In this document: piece by piece, positions 24,746 to 38,552 of the stretch | Layout of the letters: each line of letters begins with the position of its first letter | Numbering within the stretch: the first letter of the stretch is position 1 | NCBI GenBank assembly: GCA_016928095.1 | Contig: JAFGLL010000051.1 | Coordinates: forward strand, 11,779-75,778 | Length of the DNA: 64,000 nucleotides | Direction: 5' to 3' | DNA from: Thermoplasmatota archaeon | GTDB taxonomy: Archaea; Thermoplasmatota; Penumbrarchaeia; Penumbrarchaeales; Penumbrarchaeaceae | Made by a program: the position numbers and the translations under genes | The notes under the pieces: model-generated | Databases searched by the model: none | Seen by the model: only the letters and a program-made list of their open reading frames with translations | Told to the model about the DNA's origin: nothing

Positions 24746-25765
24746 ATGGGTGTCAAATTGGGGGACCTTGTGGTCAAGAGGAGGATCGGGGACGGGGAAC
24801 TCTCCGGCAAGGTGATCGGTATGGACGCTTACAACATACTGTATCAGTTCGTATCCTCCATCAGGACACCGGAAGGTTTTCCCCTGACGGATTCAGGGGG
24901 GAATATCGTCTCTCATCTGAAAGGGCTCTTCAGCAGGACGGCGAGTCTCATGTCAGAGGGGGTCAGTCCCATTTATATCTTCGATGGAAGACCTCATGAG
25001 CTTAAAAGAGGGACCCTTGAACTCAGGAGGGCGAGGAAGGAGAAGGCCGTGATGGAATGGGAGAAAGCTCTGGAAGAGGGAGATCTTCAGACAGCAAGGA
25101 CGAAAGCTTCACAGACATCAAGGCTTACAGATGAAATGATCGATGACGCCAAGCATCTCCTGGGGTTAATGGGGGTTCCATGTGTCCAGGCACCGGGGGA
25201 AGGAGAGGCTCAGGCATCTTACATGGCTTCGAAAGGTGATGTATACGGGGCCTCTTCGCAGGATTTCGATTCGATACTCTTCGGATGTCCGTTGCTGATA
25301 AGGAACCTTGCCGTTACCGGAAGGAGAAAACTTCCCGGGAAGAGGGAATGGATAGACGTCCAACCAGAGATCATTGACCTAAAAAGAACGCTTTCGGAAT
25401 TGGGTCTTACCCGGGAGCAATTGATAGATCTGGCGATCCTGGTCGGTACCGATTTCAATGAAGGGGTGAAAGGGATCGGTCCGAAACGGGCACTTTCCAT
25501 GATCAGGGAGTTCGGAACACTTGAGAGGGCAGCGAAGGAAAAGCGCATCCCGTTACTGGAATGGGACAAGGTCAGGGAGATCTTTCTTGACCCATGCGTG
25601 ACAGATGAGTATTCCATAGAATACGGGGAACTCAAAAGGGATATGGTGATGGGTTTCCTTGTGGATAATAGGGAGTTCGGACCATCCGGAGTGGAGCGGA
25701 CCCTGGACCAGATAGGTGCGAGGAAGAAGGAGGTCCCACAGTCATCACTTGATGCTTTCCTCTAG
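24746..25765 (+). CDS. fen: Flap endonuclease 1
   Basis: MGVKLG; DAYNILYQF; SHLKGLF; FDG; APGEGEAQA; SQDFDSILFG; GTDFNEG..GIGPKRA; C-terminal PIP box QSSLDAF. Confidence 0.97.
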   Translation: MGVKLGDLVVKRRIGDGELSGKVIGMDAYNILYQFVSSIRTPEGFPLTDSGGNIVSHLKGLFSRTASLMSEGVSPIYIFDGRPHELKRGTLELRRARKEKAVMEWEKALEEGDLQTARTKASQTSRLTDEMIDDAKHLLGLMGVPCVQAPGEGEAQASYMASKGDVYGASSQDFDSILFGCPLLIRNLAVTGRRKLPGKREWIDVQPEIIDLKRTLSELGLTREQLIDLAILVGTDFNEGVKGIGPKRALSMIREFGTLERAAKEKRIPLLEWDKVREIFLDPCVTDEYSIEYGELKRDMVMGFLVDNREFGPSGVERTLDQIGARKKEVPQSSLDAFL

Positions 25766-28700
25766 TGCAGGGGGAGGGGTTTCGATCGTTCCGGGCTTCT
25801 GATCGGCACCACTGGTATCACTGACCCATTCATCAACCACTGGCCCCATATTCCTGTATTCCCTGGTTTTCTTGATCTGATACGCCACACCTGCGAGAAC
25901 CGATAGTATGATGATCACAAAGATCGTCAATCCCACTATCAGCCATGTGAGATCGGACCTCTTTTCGATCTCCTCACGGTACTCCTTTTCGGATCTTACA
26001 GGTATGTCTCCGAGGTTCTCCACCTCACCCTCGTATACCTCGAACTCGACCTTTGTGTCGTGGAAGGATGTGTTGGAGACGATTATGAAATTCACTCCCG
26101 CTGTAACAAAGATATCGAACCTTCCATCATCATCACATTTTCCCTTTTCACCGGTCTTGAACCTGTAACTTGCCTGCGGTATGGGGAGTCCATCGGTCGT
26201 GACGACCCTCCCGTGGACCCTTCCATATCTCAGCGATAGGTCCTCTTCCGTTGTGAAGAACCAGTCGAACTTGACCATGTCGTTACCGGCCATGTCCTTT
26301 CCGCTCACGGCTATGGAATATCTCTTGGAATGTTCCAGGTCCGATTGCGGTATCATCGTAAGGTTGTTCCCGTCCCAGACGAACTCTCCTTCTATGCCGG
26401 GAGAATCCACCATCACGGAATCCCTGTCCATCTCCTCGGAGAATGCGATGGTTATATTTGACCCGACAGCCACATCCAAGCCGCCCGGACTGGCAAAGGT
26501 GATGAAGGGATAGGTCACATCGAAACTGAAGGAAATGTTGATATTGGCCACATTACCTGCCTTGTCGAAAACCTCAAGGACCAGGTAATGGGAGCCATCC
26601 TCGAACCATTCTATGATGACAGGTTTTGGAACAGGATAATAGGTCCAATCTCCACCATCCATCCTGATCCTCGATTGTCCCATTCCGGATATATCATCGT
26701 GAGCTTCCCATTCGAGGGTCACCGGCCCGTTGTACATGACACCGTCCAGCAGGTTCATCACGCTCATCTCAGGCGGGGTCATATCAACGGTACCGGTGGT
26801 GGAAACGACCAACTCGTTACCGGACCCGTCGACGGCCTTCACATACAGATGATGTTCACCCTCACTGAGATAGGTGAAGTTGTGCGATTTCTCAAGTCCC
26901 TTAGATATCCAGTTTTCCAGATCGATCCTAACGAAATATCCTGTCACGTTGGTAAGGTCATCGAATGCCGAATAGACCATCTCGATGACCCCGGTGGGGT
27001 AATACCCTGGTCCGGAAGGTTGTACGATCCAGAGGGTCGGAGCCTTCAGGTCGATGATAATATCGACACTGTCCTCCGCCCAATTGCCTCCTTTATCGAC
27101 ACACCGGACAGTTATCTCATGCAGGCCAGCATCAAGGGGAGAGGTGAAAAGATATTCCTTGACATCGCCGAGCCGGGTCCAGTTCCCACCGTCGTATCTC
27201 ACCATGTGATGATCTATACCGGGACCTGTATCCTCCGAATCCCATGAGATCAGAGGCAGGTCGGTATTGAAGAGCAGAGGTCCAATTCCTTCCTTGTCGA
27301 TCTCGATGGATGGTCTGGTCAGATCGATGTGGAAAAAAACCGTATCGCTCCTGTTATGTTCCGCCATGTCATAGACCCTGACCTCGACGGAATGCTGTCC
27401 TTCTTCCAGATCAAGGAAGAGGTAATGGTCGTTGAGCTCGACGTTCATGGTCGGGTCATCGTCAAGGGTTATCTCGAAATAATCAATGACTATGTTATCC
27501 GTTCCTATCCAATCCACAAACACATCACCGTCGTTGAACACGGCGTTATCTTCGGGTGATGTGATGGATATGGATGGTCTGACGACGTCCGGGGAGCTCT
27601 TGACGCGATTGGACCTGTTGCTCTCCGCTATCTCGGTGACCGCGGTCACGTAATAGTAATAGCTCCGTCCCGGGAGGACATCATAATCGGTATATGACAG
27701 AGAATCCGCATCAGTACTGTCCAGATAGAATTCCCCGCCTTCCCTTTCATTCTTGTAGATATTGAACTTCTGGACCCGTACACCCATACCGTAATTAACG
27801 GGCCACCATGTGAGGTTGATATGGTCCTTTCCGGGTTGGGCCGTCAACTTCTTGGGTGGTGTGAAAACATCGGGTATCGGAGAATCCACAAGAGGGTAAA
27901 GGTCATATTGTTCTCCCCCTTCGAGAAAATACCAGCCCTCGACTATCCCGTCCCCATTGGAGTCCGGTGATCTCAGGTCGTGCCAGTAATTACCCCGTTT
28001 GGTAACAGAATGCCATATATTGTTCTTGCTGATATCCCGAGCCTGCCTTGTGGTGAACACATAGTAGCTCCCGGTCCCGTTATTGTAAAAAAGGATATTT
28101 CCGTAGATCCTGTTCCCGCTTGACGTGGAATGATCGATATTTATGCCGAACTTGTCGGATTTGAGTATATAGTTATTGAAGATCTCGTTGTTGTTGGAAA
28201 GGTATATCCTCACCCCGTAATTGTTTCTGACCATATTGTTATCATTGACCTTGGATCCGTCACCGGTATGCAGGTTCACCCCCCAGGAGTTCTGTAACAT
28301 CCGGTTCCCCGAAATGAGTGCATTGTCCCCATCGACCATGACCCCGATCTTGTTGGCCCAGAGGGTGTTGTTGATGACGATATTATCATCGGCCCCTATG
28401 TAAATCCCGTTGTTCCAGTTCTCGACAACATTATTGTCTGCAACCAGATTGTGAGATGAAGTGTCCTCTATCCTTATCCCGTCGCTTTCGGACCTGTGGA
28501 CACGGTTCTTCTCGATCGTATTATCTGCTGAAGAGCCCATGAGATGGATGCCATGATGGTTCATGACAAAGATACCTGTAGCATCCATTGTGTTGTTGTC
28601 CATCAGATCACGGGTCGAATCGATGAGACGGATACCGTCCCCTTCGTTGGGTCCGATCTCATTTCCAGTGATTCTTATGTTCATGGAATTTGATAACAAG

Positions 28701-29032
28701 ATCCCTGCAATGGATGCACCTGTCAGGTTGCACCCTCTGATCTCGAGGTACAGATCGGTATTGGATATGGAGATGCAGGATGAACCGGTGGCCATTATCC
28801 GGTAGTCCGAGATGACGAAGGGATCGGTGGAAATTCCCGAACCAGACCATTTCTCTGTCGTGGCCAAGTTCTGCAATGCTGTATTTCCGCTCAGTGATAT
28901 GGGTGAGTGGTCGATGGTTGCGAACTGCTCCATCAACGGATAAGGGTCATCCCCTTTGTCGGCTCCTCCATGGTCAAAGGATATTGAGGCAAGGACCATC
29001 AGCAGGACAATAAGCAAATGGACCGATCTCAT
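25745..29032 (-). CDS. Large cell-surface protein: right-handed beta-helix (NosD/CASH), FN3, Ig-like repeats, Big_5-like and carboxypeptidase-regulatory-like domains, C-terminal TM
   Basis: Signal peptide; GI-x-L..N-x-I..N repeats; GNYWHD..DGDG..DLYPL; FN3 YYYYVTAV; repeated H..V...D..GN; TM LTWLIVGLTIFVIIILSVLAGVAY. Confidence 0.85.
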   Translation of the reverse strand: MRSVHLLIVLLMVLASISFDHGGADKGDDPYPLMEQFATIDHSPISLSGNTALQNLATTEKWSGSGISTDPFVISDYRIMATGSSCISISNTDLYLEIRGCNLTGASIAGILLSNSMNIRITGNEIGPNEGDGIRLIDSTRDLMDNNTMDATGIFVMNHHGIHLMGSSADNTIEKNRVHRSESDGIRIEDTSSHNLVADNNVVENWNNGIYIGADDNIVINNTLWANKIGVMVDGDNALISGNRMLQNSWGVNLHTGDGSKVNDNNMVRNNYGVRIYLSNNNEIFNNYILKSDKFGINIDHSTSSGNRIYGNILFYNNGTGSYYVFTTRQARDISKNNIWHSVTKRGNYWHDLRSPDSNGDGIVEGWYFLEGGEQYDLYPLVDSPIPDVFTPPKKLTAQPGKDHINLTWWPVNYGMGVRVQKFNIYKNEREGGEFYLDSTDADSLSYTDYDVLPGRSYYYYVTAVTEIAESNRSNRVKSSPDVVRPSISITSPEDNAVFNDGDVFVDWIGTDNIVIDYFEITLDDDPTMNVELNDHYLFLDLEEGQHSVEVRVYDMAEHNRSDTVFFHIDLTRPSIEIDKEGIGPLLFNTDLPLISWDSEDTGPGIDHHMVRYDGGNWTRLGDVKEYLFTSPLDAGLHEITVRCVDKGGNWAEDSVDIIIDLKAPTLWIVQPSGPGYYPTGVIEMVYSAFDDLTNVTGYFVRIDLENWISKGLEKSHNFTYLSEGEHHLYVKAVDGSGNELVVSTTGTVDMTPPEMSVMNLLDGVMYNGPVTLEWEAHDDISGMGQSRIRMDGGDWTYYPVPKPVIIEWFEDGSHYLVLEVFDKAGNVANINISFSFDVTYPFITFASPGGLDVAVGSNITIAFSEEMDRDSVMVDSPGIEGEFVWDGNNLTMIPQSDLEHSKRYSIAVSGKDMAGNDMVKFDWFFTTEEDLSLRYGRVHGRVVTTDGLPIPQASYRFKTGEKGKCDDDGRFDIFVTAGVNFIIVSNTSFHDTKVEFEVYEGEVENLGDIPVRSEKEYREEIEKRSDLTWLIVGLTIFVIIILSVLAGVAYQIKKTREYRNMGPVVDEWVSDTSGADQKPGTIETPPPALEESIK

Positions 29033-29082
29033 ACCCCTACCTATTGTCTGATAGATGATTAATGTTTCTCACACAAATGCGG

Positions 29083-29916
29083 TCATATTATGCTCCAGAT
29101 GATGAAGACAGCCATGGCTGTCAGCATTCCCAACTTGGCTGTCCTCTGGGCCCACAAAGGGTTCTTGAAAAGTAATATCGAGGATAGGATCAATACCCCA
29201 TCCGCCACCGATATCCAGATAAGATATGCAGGAGCCCATCCAAGGAAAACGAGAGGTATGGAACTGGACATGACCGCAAGAAACATTGTTGCAAGACCAA
29301 TAAAGGACGCGTATCTGGTCCCAATTGTCTGTGGAAGGGTCCTCCTTCCTATATCCTGATCTTGGTCCTGTATGTCCTTCATTATCTCCCTTGAGGTGTT
29401 GGACAGGAATGCCATCAGGAAGATGGTAAGGATGAGGGGAGAGTAACCAGCGATGGAGCCACCCAGCAAGAAAGGGATACCAGTAAGCGATCCCACGATA
29501 AGATTGCCTGGCATACCCATACCCTTCAGCCTTTTCTCGTAGTACACTATCAGTGCTGTGGCCATGATCACTATAAATAGGGGGAGAAATGCTCTGACCA
29601 TCAATGATGCGATACAGGCCGAAAGGATGCCTGCGCTCCATGATAAAAAAAAGACCATCCTGGCATTCTTTTCAGAAATGGACCCGGCCACCAGAGGGCG
29701 CGTGGCATGTGCTTTCCGGTCTATCTCCACATCTTCGAGGTCGTTCAGGACGTTGCCCCCGCTTACCATGAAGAATGCGGAGATGGAGAGAAGCAACAAT
29801 GAGATCCGGTGGGACAGGAAAGGGCCCTGTTCAATGATGTATCCTATCATTACCGCCACGGCTGCCATGGAACCGTTCAGGGGCCGCAGGACGACGATGT
29901 GGTCTTTCCATCTCAT
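29083..29916 (-). CDS. UbiA family prenyltransferase, probable DGGGP synthase (geranylgeranylglycerol-phosphate geranylgeranyltransferase)
   Basis: LRPLN; NDLEDVEIDRKAHATRPL; YEKRLK..GNLIVG; REIMKDIQD..D..TLP; multiple TMs. ATG 29916 preferred (ORF extends to 29940). Confidence 0.85.
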   Translation of the reverse strand: MRWKDHIVVLRPLNGSMAAVAVMIGYIIEQGPFLSHRISLLLLSISAFFMVSGGNVLNDLEDVEIDRKAHATRPLVAGSISEKNARMVFFLSWSAGILSACIASLMVRAFLPLFIVIMATALIVYYEKRLKGMGMPGNLIVGSLTGIPFLLGGSIAGYSPLILTIFLMAFLSNTSREIMKDIQDQDQDIGRRTLPQTIGTRYASFIGLATMFLAVMSSSIPLVFLGWAPAYLIWISVADGVLILSSILLFKNPLWAQRTAKLGMLTAMAVFIIWSII

Positions 29917-32461
29917 CTGGATCGTGATGGGTCTCCCCATGCTTTAAACCTCTCGCCACATGGTTTTTAAAAAAGATACCAACCGCCACGGCAATAACGA
30001 TCATGATACACAAAACGATAACAATAATCAACAGTATCCCGCTTACTCCGTCGTCCTCTCCATTTTCCTTGATCCAAAACTGCACTTCCGCCTCCCAGGG
30101 TCCTTCATCCGGGCCGGAAATGTTCAGAATGAGTGATGAGGGAGCTTCCCTTCGCGGTCCCTCGATCCTGATCGATATGTTCAACGGGAAGAAGAGTTTC
30201 TGTATCGTTGAGGGTGTGATGGAGATAGAAAAGTTTTGGGGGAGCCCATCAACACGCAGGACAAGTCCGTCGAATTCCCCGTTCACAGGGGTCAGAACGA
30301 CCCAGAACTCCGAGCTTACTTTGCTATCTTCGGTATCGACATATCCGTAACCATTTGGGTCCAGGTCAATATCAAGTACAGCAGCGGGCGGGAGGACCGA
30401 AACAGTAAGATATGTTTCGACCATGATCACCCCCGATGTGCCCTTCATCTGAAGAAGATCATCTCCTACCCCGAGCACGACCTCGATGAATATGTCCACG
30501 GACCCTGTCGGTTGGATCACGTTCTTTGAAAGCACAATGGATATTCCAGGGACATCCGGATAGGTGGAGATGGTCACGTTGCCCTGGAAACCGTTCTCGG
30601 CTATGACGTATAACCGGACCGTTGCATTCCCGCCCTCGGGGATCGAGATCCTTGAGGTCTCGAGCTGTAATTTGAAGGTCGGTTCCCTCCAATCCTGAAC
30701 AGAGGCTTCGATGGCCACCGCCCGGTATGTCCCGTTCCCCCCATCAAGGATGATGAAGAACATGTACACCCTTACGGATATCCATCTCTCTGCAGACAGT
30801 ATTCCGGAGACCATGTTTATTCCAGAAGATACTGTAAGGATACCATCCAGGTTTTCGATATCAAGCCCCCTCGGTATCATTATTTTCGATAATCCCAGAA
30901 CGAATGGTTGTTCGTTATCCGAATAGATCTCAATGGGTAGATCGACCTGGCTGTCGGCATTTATCATCGCATCGATCCTGTGATCGACCGTTTGAAAAAC
31001 CTTGCTTTCACCTTCTATGTTGATCATCAACGATCTTATGCTGCTGCTCATTGAGGTGTTGGCGTATATCCGGACCTCCAAAGGTTGGTCCGTCGGAGAT
31101 CTTGCTTCTATCTCTAAGTATGAGATCGTACCGGATCCTACGGTAGTTGCGGGAATGGAAGCATTGATGTTCTCCGAAATTTCGAAGAGGGACAGTTCAA
31201 CTGATCCCTCATATCCCCCTCTCTTCTCCACAATGAATGGAACCCTGATCTTCTCACCAACGGATAAGGAGGTCTCTTCGAACGGGAGTATCAGTTCCGC
31301 CCCGGCGTCCTCCTGGAAGATCATGGTGACCCTTCCAAGATAGCTCAGGGAGAGCACTTCGTTCCCCTCGTATGCAGGGTCGATGTCAAAGATAGCCGTT
31401 CCCATGATGATGTACTCTTCCCGGTAGATCTCCCGGAAACGGAACCCGTCGCTATACCATATCAGTCCTACCCTGTTGTCGTAGGAGGCTATCGAAAGTG
31501 CGTTGCCGTCACCAAGATATCCGGTTTCCATGCCGTATATCAACTTTCCTTCGGCATGAACAATGGTCTTTGACCAGTTACCGTCCTTCAGATATACCTC
31601 CAATACATCGCCGTTGATGGTTGAAGCATAAATCTCATCACCGGGAATGGTAGGATCCAGGTCAACCACTGTCACGTCAGTGACCTGTCCTCCGACATCC
31701 ATTATCTCTTCCTGATTCCAGATATTCCCGTCGAAATAGGATATAAACAGTATCCCCCTTCCTCCGCCCAATACTACCTCGTTACCCGGTCGGTCGGTAT
31801 AGATGTCGGCTATCCAGCATGCTTCGAAGATATCGATGTCCGTGGCTATCGTGGTAGATACCCACGAGGCCCCGCTCCGGGAAAGCATCGTTGCCCTCTT
31901 CTGTTCTCCGACCACGACCATCTCTACCTGTTCGGTCCCGCCGACGAGTTCCCCGATATCCACCTCGTAGAGCCAGTCAGTGTCTTTCCACAGTATTGTT
32001 GATGACCACTTCCCGGATCCTTCATCGTAAGCTATGAGGTTCACGGCATATCTCTCATCCACGGCTATCAGTTCATCGCCCTCATCCTCGGGCAGAACAT
32101 CACCCGAATCAAGGGAGAACACCTGGGCTTTTTCACCGGCACCCCCGGAAAAGACGGAGGTATGGACCAGCGTCGATGTCCAGGACAGTCTGGACCCGTA
32201 TGTGACCACGACATTTCCGTTCTTGGAGCAGGTGGCCATTTCCGGACCGGGGTTGTTGGCCATCAGGTCGGCCGCTGTTGCCCGGTAGACGAGATCGTTC
32301 TCGTTATAGATCCTCTCGTTCAGATAGGGCAGATCATCAGGGCTCCTTGTAATGGCATCCTCATCGATGTTCATTTCTGCTTTACCTTCCAGGAGCAGGG
32401 CATGCATCGAGGTGAAAATGAGGCACAATAGCAGAAGATAGGTACATGCTCTGTCCTTCAT
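29831..32461 (-). CDS. Secreted or membrane-anchored beta-propeller (FG-GAP-like) plus Ig-like domain protein
   Basis: Signal peptide; about seven repeats of type D-[LIV]...[GP]-[DN]-E-hydrophobic; repeated beta-rich Ig-like blocks; C-terminal TM ILLIIVIVLCIMIVIAVAVGIFF. Confidence 0.7.
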   Translation of the reverse strand: MKDRACTYLLLLCLIFTSMHALLLEGKAEMNIDEDAITRSPDDLPYLNERIYNENDLVYRATAADLMANNPGPEMATCSKNGNVVVTYGSRLSWTSTLVHTSVFSGGAGEKAQVFSLDSGDVLPEDEGDELIAVDERYAVNLIAYDEGSGKWSSTILWKDTDWLYEVDIGELVGGTEQVEMVVVGEQKRATMLSRSGASWVSTTIATDIDIFEACWIADIYTDRPGNEVVLGGGRGILFISYFDGNIWNQEEIMDVGGQVTDVTVVDLDPTIPGDEIYASTINGDVLEVYLKDGNWSKTIVHAEGKLIYGMETGYLGDGNALSIASYDNRVGLIWYSDGFRFREIYREEYIIMGTAIFDIDPAYEGNEVLSLSYLGRVTMIFQEDAGAELILPFEETSLSVGEKIRVPFIVEKRGGYEGSVELSLFEISENINASIPATTVGSGTISYLEIEARSPTDQPLEVRIYANTSMSSSIRSLMINIEGESKVFQTVDHRIDAMINADSQVDLPIEIYSDNEQPFVLGLSKIMIPRGLDIENLDGILTVSSGINMVSGILSAERWISVRVYMFFIILDGGNGTYRAVAIEASVQDWREPTFKLQLETSRISIPEGGNATVRLYVIAENGFQGNVTISTYPDVPGISIVLSKNVIQPTGSVDIFIEVVLGVGDDLLQMKGTSGVIMVETYLTVSVLPPAAVLDIDLDPNGYGYVDTEDSKVSSEFWVVLTPVNGEFDGLVLRVDGLPQNFSISITPSTIQKLFFPLNISIRIEGPRREAPSSLILNISGPDEGPWEAEVQFWIKENGEDDGVSGILLIIVIVLCIMIVIAVAVGIFFKNHVARGLKHGETHHDPDEMERPHRRPAAPERFHGSRGGNDRIHH

Positions 32462-32604
32462 GGGATAACCATCATGAACGGGTCTATTTCAAAATATCGG
32501 TATATATCGAGGATCGTCGAATATGATCGGTAATGTCCAGAGATCATGATAGTTCGACCGACAGGCCGAACACGACGGTAAATGTCCCGGATATGCCACA
32601 TCGA

Positions 32605-34452
32605 TCAGAGATCTGTAGGGACCACTCTGATAAGATGGTCGTACTGGACGGTGATATCATATGCATTACCGCTGTCCCTGGGCCTCCCGGGCAGATATAC
32701 CGGAGGGTCGAACCCGGTCTGATAATCTCCGACATCCACAAGGACCACTTCGAGAGAATGGATACCTGTCCCATTGGTGGGGTCGGTGTCCGTGCCGTAA
32801 TGATGGCTGAGTTCCATCTCTCCGACGCCATTTCTCGGATTTGCACCTGTTTCGGACAGTTCCGTGGCATTGCAGGGGATGAAGGATATCTCGAACAGGT
32901 CCGGCTGGTTCTCGAAGGTACGAAGAAGGAAGGTCTGGTCCGGTTCATCCGACCATGAAAGCGTGATGTTGACCCAGAGGATGTTCTCCTCCGATAGAGG
33001 GATATCGATACGATGATTCTCACCTTCGGATAGTGTCCCTGAAAAACTGATGGTCGTTCTACCGATATCGTATAAGTATCCGTTCTCTTCCGTGTAGAAG
33101 GGGTCCCCCACATATCCAGTCCTTCCAAGGGAGACCCCCACGATAAGAACGATGGGGATGAAGGACCACGGGGCAAGGAAGGATGTCCTTCGACCGAAGA
33201 ACCCGCGGGTGACGGCCCTCACATCTTCCGTCTTTGGGGAGATGATCCTGTTATAGATGAGGAAGCCGCCCATGGTCAGTAATCCGATGGACACATATAT
33301 AGCCCAGAACAACCTCGAATGACCGTTGTTCACGGCTATCGAATCCCACATTATTCCACCAAAGAGAGAACCCACGACATTGCCGAAAGCGGATGGCAGG
33401 AAGGCATACCCCATGTACAATGCGACCCGCTCCTCCGGGGCTATCTTGGACACAAATGATATAAAACTTGGGTGGGTCACGAACTCTCCGATGGAATAGA
33501 CGAATATCCCGATGGCCATTGCATACCACAGGGGTATCATGCCTATGATGAACAATCCCGCACTGAATATCAACATCCCGGTGATCATCAATTTCAGAGA
33601 ATCGAACCTGTCCGTGAACTTGGCAAGGATAGGACCTATCGTAATTATCGTAAGGGGGTTGATCGCACTGATGAGGGGGGCCGTGAACCATCTCGCGGGT
33701 TGTATCCCGAATCCAAAATAATATGCTGGAATGAACGTGTGCATCGATGAGAAGATGACGAAGAAGCCGGAGTAGAACAGAAGGAGCAGGACGAACCTTC
33801 TGTCGGAAAGGACAATACCCATCTTCTTGAAGGCCGAAGAGACCTTCTCGTTCGGATCATTTTCAATTGGGTCCCTGTAAAATAACAATGTGATGATGAG
33901 ATTTACGGTGATCAGGACGGCACCCACGGCGAATACGATCTGCGCGAAATGCTGCGGGATCAAAAAACCTGTTGCCAGCATGGCAAGGAATGAGCCCCAG
34001 TTAATCGATAGGTAGTAGATGGAGTAAGCGGAGTTCCTCTCCTCCTTTCCGGTAACATGGGCGATGGTTGCGGAGACCATCGGTTTGAACGCTCCGGCTC
34101 CTATCCCCCAGGCTACGATGGCGAAGAAAAAGGAGAGCTCCGTGGTCAGGAAGGTCATCCCCAGGTATGATGGTATGAGTATCAGAAAAGCGATGGTTAG
34201 GATCCTCTTGTAACCGATCTTCTTCGCCAGGGAAGCTGAAACGATTGGAACGAAATAGAGCAGGAAGACCAGGAGGGCATAGAGCGCTCCGTAAACCTTA
34301 CCCGAGAAACCGAGGTTGTAGAGGGCGTGTACGGGAAAATAACCCATGATGCCGTAATATGCACCTCTCTCGAACAGTTCCAGGGATATGACCACCCAGT
34401 ATTGGGGTGAAAACCTCTTGAAGTACCGGGGGACGATATCCTTGAAGCTCAT
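32605..34452 (-). CDS. MFS transporter, POT/PTR peptide-transporter-like, with soluble C-terminal extension
   Basis: ELFERGAYYG (ExxER motif); FKPMV; YYLSINWGS; about 13 hydrophobic segments; ORF extends upstream to 34518. Confidence 0.8.
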   Translation of the reverse strand: MSFKDIVPRYFKRFSPQYWVVISLELFERGAYYGIMGYFPVHALYNLGFSGKVYGALYALLVFLLYFVPIVSASLAKKIGYKRILTIAFLILIPSYLGMTFLTTELSFFFAIVAWGIGAGAFKPMVSATIAHVTGKEERNSAYSIYYLSINWGSFLAMLATGFLIPQHFAQIVFAVGAVLITVNLIITLLFYRDPIENDPNEKVSSAFKKMGIVLSDRRFVLLLLFYSGFFVIFSSMHTFIPAYYFGFGIQPARWFTAPLISAINPLTIITIGPILAKFTDRFDSLKLMITGMLIFSAGLFIIGMIPLWYAMAIGIFVYSIGEFVTHPSFISFVSKIAPEERVALYMGYAFLPSAFGNVVGSLFGGIMWDSIAVNNGHSRLFWAIYVSIGLLTMGGFLIYNRIISPKTEDVRAVTRGFFGRRTSFLAPWSFIPIVLIVGVSLGRTGYVGDPFYTEENGYLYDIGRTTISFSGTLSEGENHRIDIPLSEENILWVNITLSWSDEPDQTFLLRTFENQPDLFEISFIPCNATELSETGANPRNGVGEMELSHHYGTDTDPTNGTGIHSLEVVLVDVGDYQTGFDPPVYLPGRPRDSGNAYDITVQYDHLIRVVPTDL

Positions 34453-34532
34453 TCCATGTAACTCCCTTGGACGCGTGGACAAGGTCGGGGTTGGTATAGG
34501 TATTTTTTCGGCATGCATGTAAAAATGTACTA

Positions 34533-34802
34533 TTACACGATCCTGAATTCTCCAAATTCCCTCCTTGACGGCTCAAAGGTAACTTCCGTTCCGGTGACCC
34601 GAGCGATCGGTTGATCGTTCGAGCACCATCGTAAAAGTTCCTGAAGGTCCCTGATATCCCCCTCCGCTACGGATTCAACGGTCCCGTCAGGAAGGTTCCG
34701 GACCCATCCCACCAGTCCAAGCTCGATGGCCTTCTTCTGGCAGTGTGCGCGGAACCATACACCTTGTACCTTTCCCTTGTATATGACACGCATCCTGTCC
34801 AT
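34533..34802 (-). CDS. acyP: Acylphosphatase
   Basis: GKVQGVWFR; GWVRNLPDGTVE. Confidence 0.95.
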   Translation of the reverse strand: MDRMRVIYKGKVQGVWFRAHCQKKAIELGLVGWVRNLPDGTVESVAEGDIRDLQELLRWCSNDQPIARVTGTEVTFEPSRREFGEFRIV

Positions 34803-34949
34803 GTGAAGGTCAGGACATTTAGGTTATTTTCGTTTTTCTGATCTTACCTGTCAATTCCCCCGAGGTCCTCCGATCGACCTGATCCATCAGGGTGACGGAA
34901 CATTTATACAGTAACTATCCATACCACTCCCGCCCGGGCTTCCCGGCAC

Positions 34950-34964
34950 AAAGATATTATCTTT
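34950..34964. promoter_or_regulatory. Palindrome AAAGATA-T-TATCTTT, candidate operator upstream of the PFOR gene
   Basis: Perfect 7-1-7 inverted repeat between a TATA-like ATTTATA (~34902) and the start codon (34986). Confidence 0.4.
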
Positions 34965-34973
34965 CATCATTGA

Positions 34974-38510
<3,537 letters not shown>

Positions 38511-38520
38511 TGTAATGGTC

Positions 38521-38552
38521 GAAAGCCCCTCTCAGAGGGGCTTTCATTTTTA
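38521..38552. terminator. Hairpin terminator between convergent genes
   Basis: GAAAGCCCCT-CTCAG-AGGGGCTTTC 10-bp stem followed by ATTTTTA. Confidence 0.75.
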
